Notes under the pieces: model-generated
What the model was told of the DNA's origin: nothing
Databases searched by the model: none
What the model saw: only the letters and a program-made list of their open reading frames with translations
DNA from: Naegleria gruberi
Taxonomy: Eukaryota
Length of the DNA stretch: 64,000 nucleotides
Direction: 5' to 3' (one strand)
Assembly (NCBI GenBank): GCA_000004985.1
Contig: GG738873.1
In this document: positions 11,161 to 21,433 of the stretch, piece by piece
How positions within the stretch are numbered: the stretch's first letter is position 1
Layout of the letters: every line of letters begins with the position of its first letter
Made by a program: the position numbers and the translations under genes

Positions 11161-11842
11161 TTACTTTTGCAATGAATCCAACTCTCTAATGTAGTCATCA
11201 ATTTGACTGAGAATAATTTCCTTTTGTCTTCTATCCATAGGTCCCAACTTTTCCATATGTTCAATAAATTGAACTCTCTCATCAATTTCCTCTTGAACTA
11301 TTTTTGATGGAATGAATGTATTGAATATTATACTTGAAATAACACTTACTCTCTTCAAACCTGGATTTTTGTTTAACCACAGGCTTGTTGGAAGGAACGA
11401 TTTGCTTATCAATTCTTCCTTTGAGTACTGCTTGAGGCACATTCTTTCGTCCTCCAAATTCGTTATAGGTGGCCAAGATATTCTTCTCTCTATCTCTATC
11501 TACAGTTGGGGAAGGTCTAAACACTTCCTTCTGAAAGAGAGACTCCTCAAACATTTTCTTCTTTGTTGTAAATTTCCCTCTATTCGTATCAGGGAATATA
11601 TTCTCCTCCTTCTGTCTCAACTTGTAAGACAACATGGCATCATCAATAGATTTTTGTTTCGAGACGGCAATCCCAGTGCTCGGAAGTGATGATTTATACT
11701 TGTAAGACTCCATAATTTCCTTCTTTTGAAAATGACTCAGCTTGGCATCACCCACCATATCCTTGATCAACTTTTCCGTATCATATTTCGATTGCATCTT
11801 GGAGGAGGTCGTTGATGATTTTGTTCCCTTAGAGAATGACAT
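11161..11842 (-). CDS. Hypothetical protein; coding frame changes between two overlapping ORFs (candidate 52-nt intron 11298..11349 with GTAAGT donor, exact structure unresolved)
   Basis: ORF 11282..11842 (MSFSKGTKSS..) and ORF 11161..11457 (..EEIDERVQFIEHMEKLGPMDRRQKEIIL..) overlap in different frames on the same strand; minus-strand GTAAGT at 11349 and AG at 11298 but phase could not be reconciled cleanly. Confidence 0.4.
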
Positions 11843-12232
11843 TTTTTTTAATTGATTTTTCTATCAAAAAGCAGTACAATTTTGGCGGGAAAGAAATGCC
11901 TCATTACCATTAACCTCAACGCTTAACTATTCTCATGAATGGAACAATTCAACTCATTAGCAATACCACACGAACTTGTAAACTTCATATTAAAAAAAAC
12001 AATCCAATCCCTGAAATTTCAGTTGACTTCAGTGCAACATCCACATGCCCTTCCAATTTTTCATCAACAGAAAAAATGATTGACATTTGAAATTTAAAAA
12101 AAAATTAGCAGCAAAGAGAGCCATTTTTCCTTCGAGCCTGCTGCTACTCGCCTCAAACACAAAAAAAACCCGCGCCTTTTTATTTCCAAGAGAGTGAGTT
12201 CTCAGAGCAAATCCATTTTGGTCCGTACTAAT

Positions 12233-12271
12233 ACAACAACAAACCAAACAAACAAACAAACAACAACAACA
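12233..12271. repeat. (CAAA/CAA)n microsatellite in 5' flank of LRAT-like gene
   Basis: caacaacaaaccaaacaaacaaacaaacaacaacaacac. Confidence 0.6.
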
Positions 12272-12364
12272 CATTATCAACAGCAAGGTTTAAAAATTAC
12301 CTTCCCGTGAACAATTCAACTCATCAACTCATCAACAACAACTAACTTGTAAAAAACCAAGAAA

Positions 12365-13626
12365 ATGGGTTTAGTAAATAGTCGTCCAGAACATCCGCAC
12401 AATCCACCAAGTAAACCACCATCCAGAAAGAATAATCATCTATCTGATGATGATATGGTCATTAAGAAACTCAAGAAGGGTAATCGTCAAGCACAGAATA
12501 TGCCAGAGGAGGAATTGAGAGAGTGGGCACGTTCATTGTGTAATGAAACTGATTTGAAGGAGTGGTATCTGAATCCGGAATTTGCTACCACTGTTGAACA
12601 TTATGAAAAGTTGGAAAAGGTTAATGCTGCTGCAGTCAATGCTAATTCATCGTCAACTGGTGCAAGTGTATTTTCAAGTACGAGTGAATCAGCCGAAACT
12701 AAACCAACTGAAAATGGCGAAGCTTTTAATTTGGACGATATTGATTTTGATTTGGAAGATATTAGAAAGGATGCTGCTCAACCATTTATGCAAATCGGAA
12801 AGAAAATTAAGATCAAATTGATCATTGCTGAAATTTGTAAATCTGATACACAAAAGGCTTTGAGAAAAATGTTGAGTCCAATTTTGACTAAATTGGATTA
12901 CCAACAACAATTTGGTATGTTCCACTCTGCCCTTGTTATTGGTCCTTGGTATTTAGAGGTATAGTATTTATTCTAATAGTTTCTAATAATATTTTTTGTA
13001 TTCGATTCTTGTCATGAACATATTAATAATAATAATAATAACAACAATGAAAATAGTGGAACAACTCATCCTTATGTATTCCTAGAAAGTGTTATAGTAG
13101 TGCTGCCATGATTGCAGCTGATTTGGAATATCAAGGTGTTGCAACATTTGACTTGACGACAACTATTGAAAAGATTAGTAAGGTTATTATTGATTGGAAT
13201 GTAAATAAGGAATATGACCAACAAAATGCAAATTGCCAACAATTTGTTGATGACATTATCAAAGCTTTGGATGTTCCTGTTGTTTTTACTGGTGTTTTAG
13301 GAGAATATTTGAATAACTTGAGATCAAAGGGTGAATGTAAAATATTCTTCCCAGTGAATGAAAACTTGAGAGAAAAATTTGGTATCAAGGAATCTCAAGT
13401 TGGATTCAAGACCCATGCCGAATTGGATAAATTTGTCAAGGATTTAATCGACAAGGAACCATTGTTTGAACAGGATTATCCTGAGGAATGGAACTTGTTG
13501 AAGAGTTTCGACAGAGCTTTCTGGTTACGTCACTTCCGTCACGATAAAGATCCAACATACCAACCTCATGAATGTCCTTTCAATGATCCATCTGTGACAG
13601 CCAGCTTTAAGAAAGAATGGTTCTAA
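12365..13626 (+). CDS. LRAT / H-rev107-like (NlpC-P60 superfamily) acyltransferase-like protein with N-myristoylation motif; 2 exons
   Basis: MGLVNS N-terminus (MGxxxS); exon 1 ends with His box '..FGMFHSALVIGPWYLE' (cf. RHWAIYVGDGYVVH) and exon 2 carries the 'NCQQFVDDII' Cys box (cf. NCEHFV); intron roughly 12951-13095, donor/acceptor phase not fully resolved. Confidence 0.65.
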
Positions 13627-13872
13627 ACAATGTGTAACATTGCACGTGTTACTGAGCTTGCTGTTCCCAATTTCATTGTACTACTGTATTTATATCAAGT
13701 AAATAAACATTAACCTCAATAATATTTCTTTACCTAAGTTGTTACAAAAATATTCTTAAATGGATGATGCAAATTGATATAGTGATTTGATACTTTGATT
13801 AATGGTGATTGATGCCGCAACCGGTAGTTATCTTCTTTCAAAACAACACTACAAAAAAATAACTGTTCTTCT

Positions 13873-14986
13873 ATGAGGATTTATTGCAGCTGTTACCATT
13901 ACTTGATCTGTCTAATTTTTCTTAGTTCAATATTAAGGAGCTCAAAACTGTCATTAGTCGATTGCCAAGTGACACCCAACAAAAATTTTGTTAAAGCAAT
14001 TGATGTTGCCACTGCCATCTATACTCGTTCTGATGAATGGAGAAGAACATTGGAGGATTATAAAATCATATTCAAAGCACCCGAATGTTCATTGACTGCA
14101 AAAGATTTTCCATCCAATTTAAACTTTTCAAGAAATTACATGACAGTTTGTGGAGAAGTTGAGGCAATATATCCCTGGAAATATGTTCATCATGTTTCGG
14201 GTGAGCTACTTGTAAAAACAATCAGGGAACAATATAAACTTCCCAAACTGGATATGGTATTCCTTAATATCAATACAAGTGAGGGTTATTTCTATTCAAT
14301 GAGAAGGGCTGTCGATTCAGGTAAGTAATTATCATTATCAGCGATATTAGAAGCTCTGATTCAAGGATATTGTGACGTGGCAGTGGCTTCAACAAATTGG
14401 GATTCAGAAAGAGCCAAGGTAGTTCATTTCCAATGTAAGTTTTCCACTTCAAGTTACTAATCACCATGTCATATTATTAATAATATTAACAGGTGCATAC
14501 GCCAGTTCATATTTTGGATTTGTTCGTTCTGAGTTAGATCCACAAATTAAAGTAAGAAATGAAACTGATTTAAATAGACCTGGCTTCAATGTTGTTGTTT
14601 CGATAGGAACAATAACAGACACGTGGGCCACAAACAATCTCAAAAAAGCAAACATTATAAGGCTCACTACGTATGAGGAAGCATTTCAAATGATCCTACA
14701 GAAACAAGTTCACACCTTCATTGCTGATTCACTCGATATGTTTTTGTGGTTATCTCAAAACAGGAACAATTGCTCCACTTGCTATGGTAAGTCTCACTCG
14801 ATTAGCTGATCTGTTAACAATCTAATGATTGAAAGTAAAAGCATTTGGTGAGAATTTGCCATTGGGCTCCTTTGTATCCAACAATTTGGTTGATACATCA
14901 TTTGCCTCAACAAATCAGACAAGTATTTTCCTTCCTCTCTTCTTCATCATTCTGACCACCATAACCATTAAATTTATCACTTACTG
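13873..14986 (+). CDS. Secreted, probably GPI-anchored, solute-binding protein family 3 (periplasmic amino-acid-binding type) paralog 1; 4 exons
   Basis: Signal peptide; 'EGYFYSMRRAVDSG|YCDVAVASTNWDSERAKVVHFQC|AYASSYFGFV' aligns with the GlnH/HisJ core 'G(K)[33 protein letters not shown]'; GTAAGT donors at 14324, 14441, 14787; C-terminal hydrophobic tail after Ser-rich omega region. Confidence 0.7.
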
Positions 14987-15138
14987 ATGTTAGTAAACAT
15001 GTTGGGCATTTAATTTTAAAATACCTCAATACTTATCTCTAAAATCCCATTAGTTTTGACAAATTTAATTAATGGTGATTGATGGCTCATACAATTGCTA
15101 TATCTTCAAACTAGCAAAAAAAAATCCCAATATACTAA

Positions 15139-16254
15139 ATGAGGGTTCATTCTAATTTCATCTATTTCGTCATCATATTTTTTCTTAGTTCATTATTAAG
15201 GAGCTCCAAACTGTCATTAGTCGATTGCCAAGTGACACCCAACAAAAATTTTGTTAAAGCAATTGATGTTGCCACTGCCATCTATACTCGTTCTGATGAA
15301 TGGAGAAGAACATTGGAGGATTATAAAATCATATTCAAAGCACCCGAATGTTCATTGACTGCAAAGGATTTCCCATCCAATTTAAATTTTTCAAGAGATT
15401 ATATGACAGTTTGTGGAGAAGTTGAGGCAGTATATCCCTGGAAACATATTCATCATGTTTCGGGTGAGCTACTTGTAAAAACAATCAGGGAACAATATAA
15501 ACTTCCCAAACTGGATATGGTATTCCTTAATATCAACACGAGTGAGGGTTATTTCTATTCACTGAGAAGAGCTGTCGATTCAGGTAAGTAATTCTCATTA
15601 TCAGAAACAACAAGCATATCTTTCCTATCAAAGGATACTGTGATGTGGTAGTGGCTTCAACAAATTGGGATTCAGAAAGAGCCAAGGCAGTTCACTTCCA
15701 ATGTAAGTTAATATAATTGTTAATTCCTCTAATTTCAATAGGTGCATACGCCAGTTCATATTTTGGATTTGTTCGTTCTGAGTTAGATCCACAAATCAAT
15801 GTAAGAAATGATACTGAAATGGACCGTGCAGGCTTCAACGTTTCTGTCTCAATAGGAACAATAACAGACAAGTGGGCCACAAACAATCTCAAAAAAGCAA
15901 ATATTATCAGGCTTAGTGGATATGAGGAAGCCTTTCAAATGATCCTGCAGAAACAAACGCACACCTTCATTGCTGATTCTCTCGATTTGTTTTTGTGGTT
16001 ATCCCAAAACAAGAACAATTGCTCCACGTGCTATGGTAAGTCTATTCAAGTACAAAACTATATTAATATTATTAAATTAATAATTAATGGTTAAATTATT
16101 AAAATTAGTAAGAGCTTTCGGAGTGAATTTTCCAATCGGTTCCTTCGTATCCAATAATCTAGTTGATACATCATCTGCCTCAACAAATCAGACAAGTATT
16201 TTCCTTCCTCTCTTTCATGTCTTGATCTACATCACTCTCATCATTTGCTTTTAA
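15139..16254 (+). CDS. Secreted, probably GPI-anchored, solute-binding protein family 3 paralog 2 (tandem duplicate of 13873..14986); 4 exons
   Basis: About 1266-bp tandem repeat unit including promoter ('ttaatggtgattgatg' upstream of both); identical exon/intron layout; about 90% identical protein; exon 4 ends ..SIFLPLFHVLIYITLIICF*. Confidence 0.7.
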
Positions 16255-16400
16255 ATCATTTTTTTAATTGAAAAGCAAAAACATTAAATTCTTCCATGTA
16301 AAAAATTGAATGAATTGTCCTTATATGTAATCATTATTACATAGATTAAGCTCTCTTCTTAATAGAATCATGATAATTGAATTTGGATTTAGTTTAAAAA

Positions 16401-17651
16401 ATGGAAAAACAAGCATTTGTGAATGTGCAAGCAAATTCACTCGAATTTCTTGCTAAATATTTGGAGGAAAACAGACAAACTCCAATGGATCATGTAATTA
16501 TTAATAATGAATTATATTCAATTATAGCATCGGGAGGAAATAGAGGGTGCACCATTTACAAAACAACTAATTTTGAAAGCAGCACCAAATGGCAATCCAC
16601 CTTGATCGGAGAATTTGAATTAATTAAAGAGAATCAATCTGATGATGATTTATCCCAAATGTATTGCCTCTCTATTGATAGGAATATTTATATAATTACC
16701 ATCTCTAATAATTCAATGAGTCGTATTCATCGAATTTCTATTCAAAAGTCTGATGAAGAGGAAAATTATGTGGAAACCTTGTTTGAGGATAGTGGTGGTG
16801 ATTTTATTGGAATTGATCCAGGGCTGATTGCAGATTCAAAGAGGAATTGTTTATATTTCATGTTTGGATTGACTGTGGCTGATTCGGCCAAGAAGAATAT
16901 TACCAGATTTGATATTAATACTGGATCTTTTTCTGTTATTGGTGAATTGGATAGGGAATTCTACTGTTTATCCTCAACATTTTGGAAAGATAGATATATA
17001 ATCTTAGTTGGAGGTCTAACAAATTTGACACCTTCATCAGATATTTTGGCTTTTGATGTTGAACAAGGAATTTGGAAGCAAATCTATAGAGCTAAATCAA
17101 TGCCAGTAATTTATCCACGATACATGTCAGGAATTACAATGGTTTCCAATAATTATGCATCTCAATTTCATCCTGAAATTCCAAAAGATTCCAATACTGA
17201 TACGATATTTATTTATGGTGGATTTTTGGATTATGAAGTGGAAGTTAGTGACCATTCAAGATTTTTCATTAGTAGACCCTCTCACGAAGTCATTCTCCAC
17301 TATTTGAAAGAAAGTGAATGGATCGATAATATGGAATCTGATTGTGAGAAGAGAATCCCAATCAGTTTGACTGATATTTGTACACCAGAAGATAGAAAAC
17401 TTGAGAAACTACACATAAGAAGAATAAAAAGTGGCATAGAGGATGACGATGCAGAAGACAGCAATGAATTCAAGATTTTACCCACTTGCACATTTTCCAC
17501 AATACTCCCTCTGAAAATTAGAGGAAGGCAGGAATTATTAATTTTCAGAAATACTGAACAAGTCTTAAAAATTCAATTATTCCACAATAATCCATTCCAC
17601 AGAGAGTCGATGAATAAGAACCCAGATGTCTCAATTCTTTTTTCAGAATGA
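16401..17651 (+). CDS. Kelch/beta-propeller-like hypothetical protein
   Basis: 416-aa ORF with Kelch-like 'ILVGG', 'IFIYGGF' blade motifs; terminated by TGA at 17649. Confidence 0.5.
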   Translation: MEKQAFVNVQANSLEFLAKYLEENRQTPMDHVIINNELYSIIASGGNRGCTIYKTTNFESSTKWQSTLIGEFELIKENQSDDDLSQMYCLSIDRNIYIITISNNSMSRIHRISIQKSDEEENYVETLFEDSGGDFIGIDPGLIADSKRNCLYFMFGLTVADSAKKNITRFDINTGSFSVIGELDREFYCLSSTFWKDRYIILVGGLTNLTPSSDILAFDVEQGIWKQIYRAKSMPVIYPRYMSGITMVSNNYASQFHPEIPKDSNTDTIFIYGGFLDYEVEVSDHSRFFISRPSHEVILHYLKESEWIDNMESDCEKRIPISLTDICTPEDRKLEKLHIRRIKSGIEDDDAEDSNEFKILPTCTFSTILPLKIRGRQELLIFRNTEQVLKIQLFHNNPFHRESMNKNPDVSILFSE

Positions 17652-17705
17652 ACATTGTACAACTTCCGTGTTGTAATGTTGGAACTAGGAAAAAGCCAAA
17701 AAAAA

Positions 17706-18719
17706 ATGTCTTTACATGATGATGATGAACCTGTTACACTTTTCCTAATTGATTTTAGATCGAGAACATTGAATTATTGTATTAATAATTGTGATTATGC
17801 CGATGCAGATGAAAATAACAACATTGCACTCATTCAACAAGAAATGGAATGGTTAAAGAAAAGCTTTAGAAAGCCAAAAACTTTATTTTCCTATCAATTC
17901 GAAAATCCTCCACGAATTTCCTTACCAGAAACTGAGCTCCGATTTGATGTTAAAATTTCATATAGATACGATTGTTTGATTGTTATTGCATCAGACATTT
18001 ATGTTTTTGATCGAAAGTCGAAATTATTGATCAATTCTTTTAAATTTGCAAATGTTGTGCTATCAACTTTGGATGATGAACATGATGAACTGTACGTCAT
18101 GATACCAGACCGAACAAATTACAAAGTTGAGAAGTATTCATTAGGACAATTTATCAGAAGCAAGGAGAAGGAGAAAGCACAACCAATTTGGTCAGTAACT
18201 GCATGCTCTAATCCGTATGGTGCTGTTGTGTTTAATGGTTTGGAGCACAGATATTTGATTATACTTGATAACTCCAGTGATGAAAGTAATTTGATAATAG
18301 TGGATTGTGAGGATGGATCCTTAATTGAAAACACAATTTTTACAGTTCCTCCGAATGGCTATTCGCTAGGAATGATCTCAAGGAAGGAAATAATTGTTGG
18401 GTGCTCAGATATTATTGGAATTTATGAAATTGATGAGAAATCATTTGGTGCCACAAGACAAGCTCTCAATTTGATAGTTTCTGCATCTATGAAGGACGCC
18501 ACAGAATTCTATTCAATTATTCATGACGAATTGAATCGAAAGATTATCCTTTCAAATGCTGATAGTAACTCAATTACAGTTATGAGGAGAGACAATTTAG
18601 AAACAGTACAAACCCATAATTGTGAGGGCTCTGTACGGGGTGTTTCAGGATTGTGTTTGGATGAATATACGGGAGAGCTTTATGTATGCTTTTCAAATGG
18701 ATTGTTAATATACAAGTAG
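17706..18719 (+). CDS. Hypothetical protein (possible beta-propeller); begins 55 bp after the upstream gene's stop, same frame
   Basis: ATG in 'aaaaaaaaATGtct' context; ORF is open in frame back to 17655, separated from the upstream ORF by a single TGA. Confidence 0.5.
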   Translation: MSLHDDDEPVTLFLIDFRSRTLNYCINNCDYADADENNNIALIQQEMEWLKKSFRKPKTLFSYQFENPPRISLPETELRFDVKISYRYDCLIVIASDIYVFDRKSKLLINSFKFANVVLSTLDDEHDELYVMIPDRTNYKVEKYSLGQFIRSKEKEKAQPIWSVTACSNPYGAVVFNGLEHRYLIILDNSSDESNLIIVDCEDGSLIENTIFTVPPNGYSLGMISRKEIIVGCSDIIGIYEIDEKSFGATRQALNLIVSASMKDATEFYSIIHDELNRKIILSNADSNSITVMRRDNLETVQTHNCEGSVRGVSGLCLDEYTGELYVCFSNGLLIYK

Positions 18720-19162
18720 ATCAAGTTAAACCCCTTATATCTGATAATCTTTGTTTCTACATTTCCAAAATAACCTCTCCTGCATTTCTCTTTCAAATTG
18801 TTTGGGTTTCCTATTGCCATGCAAGAGACAAGGAGAAATGAACGTATTTTTCGAATTATGATCTAATTATTACAGAAAGGACATTCCATTAATTTGGCAT
18901 GAGCTGAAGAAGATGGTAAACTCTATTGTTTCATATTATTTGAATTTCGCCTCTCAGGTTGATAACGACTCCTGTTGCTGACTTTCCGATAGATGGACGC
19001 CATTTTAAAGATATTTCGAATTTGATTGATACAATCAGTTCTAGTTCGCATACTTGAGTTTACTAAGATTACAACAATTATAAAACAACAAAGGAACACA
19101 GACACTGCCTGTAGCACATCAGAAGCATGATTGATTCTCTGAGACAACATTAATAATTAGGT

Positions 19163-19411
19163 TTATGGCAAACCAGGCCAATCCTCTACATATTGGATCT
19201 TAAAATCTGGCCAATCTTCAACAATTTGAATCTTATAATCAGGCCAATCTTCAACAATTTGCCACTTTCCAACACTATCTGGCCAATCATCAACTTGTTT
19301 AACCTTGAGATCTGGCCAATCTTCAACAATTTGAACTTTGTAATCTGGCCAATCTTCTACGAATTTGATTTTGCCATAGATTTGGGCAATTTGATCTTTG
19401 GAAATGGTCAT
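19163..19411 (-). CDS. Small repeat protein: seven tandem 11-residue 'VEDWPDxKxQI' repeats
   Basis: 82-aa ORF MTISKDQIAQIYGKIKF[VEDWPDYKVQI][VEDWPDLKVKQ][VDDWPDSVGKWQI][VEDWPDYKIQI][VEDWPDFKIQY][VEDWPGLP]; ATG start, TAA stop. Confidence 0.5.
   Translation of the reverse strand: MTISKDQIAQIYGKIKFVEDWPDYKVQIVEDWPDLKVKQVDDWPDSVGKWQIVEDWPDYKIQIVEDWPDFKIQYVEDWPGLP
19172..19365. repeat. 33-bp tandem repeat (x6-7) encoding the EDWPD units
   Basis: periodic 'ggccaatcttcaacaatttgaa(t/c)tt..' 33-nt units visible on the plus strand. Confidence 0.7.
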
Positions 19412-19529
19412 GATATTGATTGTGAAATTTGATCAGAGCTAAAAGCGAATGGAAATGTTATCAAGTGAACGACCTTCCACAATTTTTTTTAAGTAATTTA
19501 TTTGGAGAAATGTTTTCTGATTCAATTGT

Positions 19530-19892
19530 TTACAATGAATTTATTTTTAAAACTACCCGTGCCTGAACAATACGCCCTTGAATTGTGTATGGAAATAATC
19601 TGTCGTATCTGTTTGGAATTTTGTAAAAATCAACAACTTCCTTATCAATTTCTATTTTGGATTCATCTTCGAGTAATTCTATTGCTGATGGTCTCTTATC
19701 AACTTCCTCTTCGAGCATTAAAGGAAGAACTCTTTTGATGGTTTCATTTTCAATTTCAAGTTCGTTCAAGCATTGAACTACATTCGAATGATTTTCTAAA
19801 TTTCTTACTCGTTTTCTAGATAAAACTTCCAACATTACTAATCCTAATGAGTAAATGTCACTTTCCGGAGATTCAACAATTCTGGTTGTCAT
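19530..19892 (-). pseudogene. Protein kinase C-lobe fragment (subdomains VIII-XI only), truncated at a 5S rRNA gene
   Basis: 'TTRIVESPESDIYSLGLVMLEVL..KRPSAIELL' matches the GTxxYxAPE / DxWSxG / ..RPs.. kinase subdomains VIII, IX, XI; no room for subdomains I-VII because the 5S gene starts 14 nt upstream and the 14-3-3 gene follows. Confidence 0.55.
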
Positions 19893-19906
19893 TAAATAGA
19901 TAAAAA

Positions 19907-20026
19907 GACTACAGCACCACAGGTTCCCAAGTTGTCTCCAACCTCAGTACTGATGTGGCTCGACGATGCTTAACTTCTCAAATCGGACGGGATGAGGTGC
20001 ATTCATCGTGATATGGCCGTAGCCAT
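19907..20026 (-). rRNA. rrn5: 5S ribosomal RNA gene (copy 1)
   Basis: Reverse complement reads ..GGCTACGGCCATATCACGATGAATGCACCTCATCCCGTCCGATTTGAGAAGTTAAGCATCGTCGAGCCACATCAGTACTGAGGTTGGAGACAACTTGGGAACCTGTGGTGCTGTAGTCTTTTT; helix I pairing 5'GGCTACGGC/3'GCTGTAGTC; followed by T5 Pol III terminator (plus 19902-19906). Confidence 0.9.
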
Positions 20027-20077
20027 TCATAATCTTAAATTAAGGTTTATTTATCGTTTTTCAGCTTTGTGTAGACA

Positions 20078-20999
20078 CTAATCATCATCTGGTCCAATTT
20101 CAGTTTCACTCGACCACAAAAATAAATTATCCTTCAACAATTGTAGTATCAGTACAGCATCCCTTTCATCACCATATTCATCTTGCTTTTCCAATAATTC
20201 CTCAATGTGTGTCATGGCTAGATCGAATTCTGGACGTGCAATACTAATTGCCTTTCCAACATCAAACATTATGTCAGAATAAAAATATGAATAGTTTAGA
20301 ATAAGCCCCAATCTAATAGAATTCGTGCAAGGTAAGAGATTGATCAGCTCATATGATTTTTCATAACTTTCCAAAGCTTTAGCTTTCCAATCTGAAATTC
20401 TAAATCTATAATCCACATTGTAAATATATTTGAAAAAATCTCCTTTAACTTTCCAATAAAAAACAGAATCCACCAATGACAAACTTTCCACCTTCAAAAC
20501 TTGATCAATAATCTCATTAATTTCATAACAATAGTGCTCTGTTTTTTCCTGAATTTCTTTCACAAATCTTTCACACAACCCAACTTGCCAATCTTCTCCC
20601 TTATTCTCATGTCTACTCTGCACATTCACAACACTTCTAAAAGCCTTACTATAATCATATAATACATTTTTATAGGCAACCACTAATAGAGATCGTTCCT
20701 CAATTGTGGGAATGGGTTCATGAACCGATTGAATAATTATTTCCAAGATTAAACTCTTCATTTCCGAAACCATATCTTGATCATCAATATCATCAAATAT
20801 ATCAATTATTATTATCATCATCAATTATTATTAATAATAATAATTAATAGCAATGATGATGAATTATTATTATATTGGATGTTTAAATATCATCAAACTC
20901 ACCTTCATAACGACCTGCTTGTTCACATAATTTTGCATTGAATAATTTCTCATTCCGAGAGGCAATGAAAGGTTGTTGTAATGATGGTGATAAAGACAT
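20078..20999 (-). CDS. Highly divergent 14-3-3-like protein; 2 exons (20999..20893, 20776..20078)
   Basis: Exon 1 'MSLSPSLQQPFIASRNEKLFNAKLCEQAGRYE' (cf. AKLAEQAERYDDM); exon 2 'ERSLLVVAYKNVL', 'VFYWKVKGDFFKYI', 'NSIRLGLILNYSYFYSDI', 'AVLILQLLKDNLFLWSSE' match 14-3-3 helices 3, 7, 8, 9; minus-strand donor GTGAGT at 20892, acceptor ..gatcaag at 20777. Confidence 0.75.
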
Positions 21000-21433
21000 T
21001 TTTTTTATTAATATTTTGTAAAGAATTGAAATTACAATTGCAAACATTTTCAAACAATCAAGAAAAATTGTAAACAGAAAATACACATGTTAAAGTTTAG
21101 TATTGAATTACAATAATATTAAAGAATGTTACAATTTGCATCACAAAGTTTGCCATTGAAGGAATTTACTCCTTCAGCTAGTTCTATTTTACAAAATGGA
21201 ACCTCATGATTGAATTTTATTAATTTTTTAAAAGGAATCTTAAAAAGTAATTCAATAAAATTTAGTCCTTAATCTTAAAATGGAATTTCGAATAAAAAGT
21301 AAACTAAACTTTTTTCCAACAATTTTTTCTCAATAGTACCTAGGTAGTGACAATCGGAGCCTTTCACCTCCATTTATTCTAAATCTGGCATAAAACTGTT
21401 ACACTCCTGTCAAAATTCAACGTTAAAAAAAAA

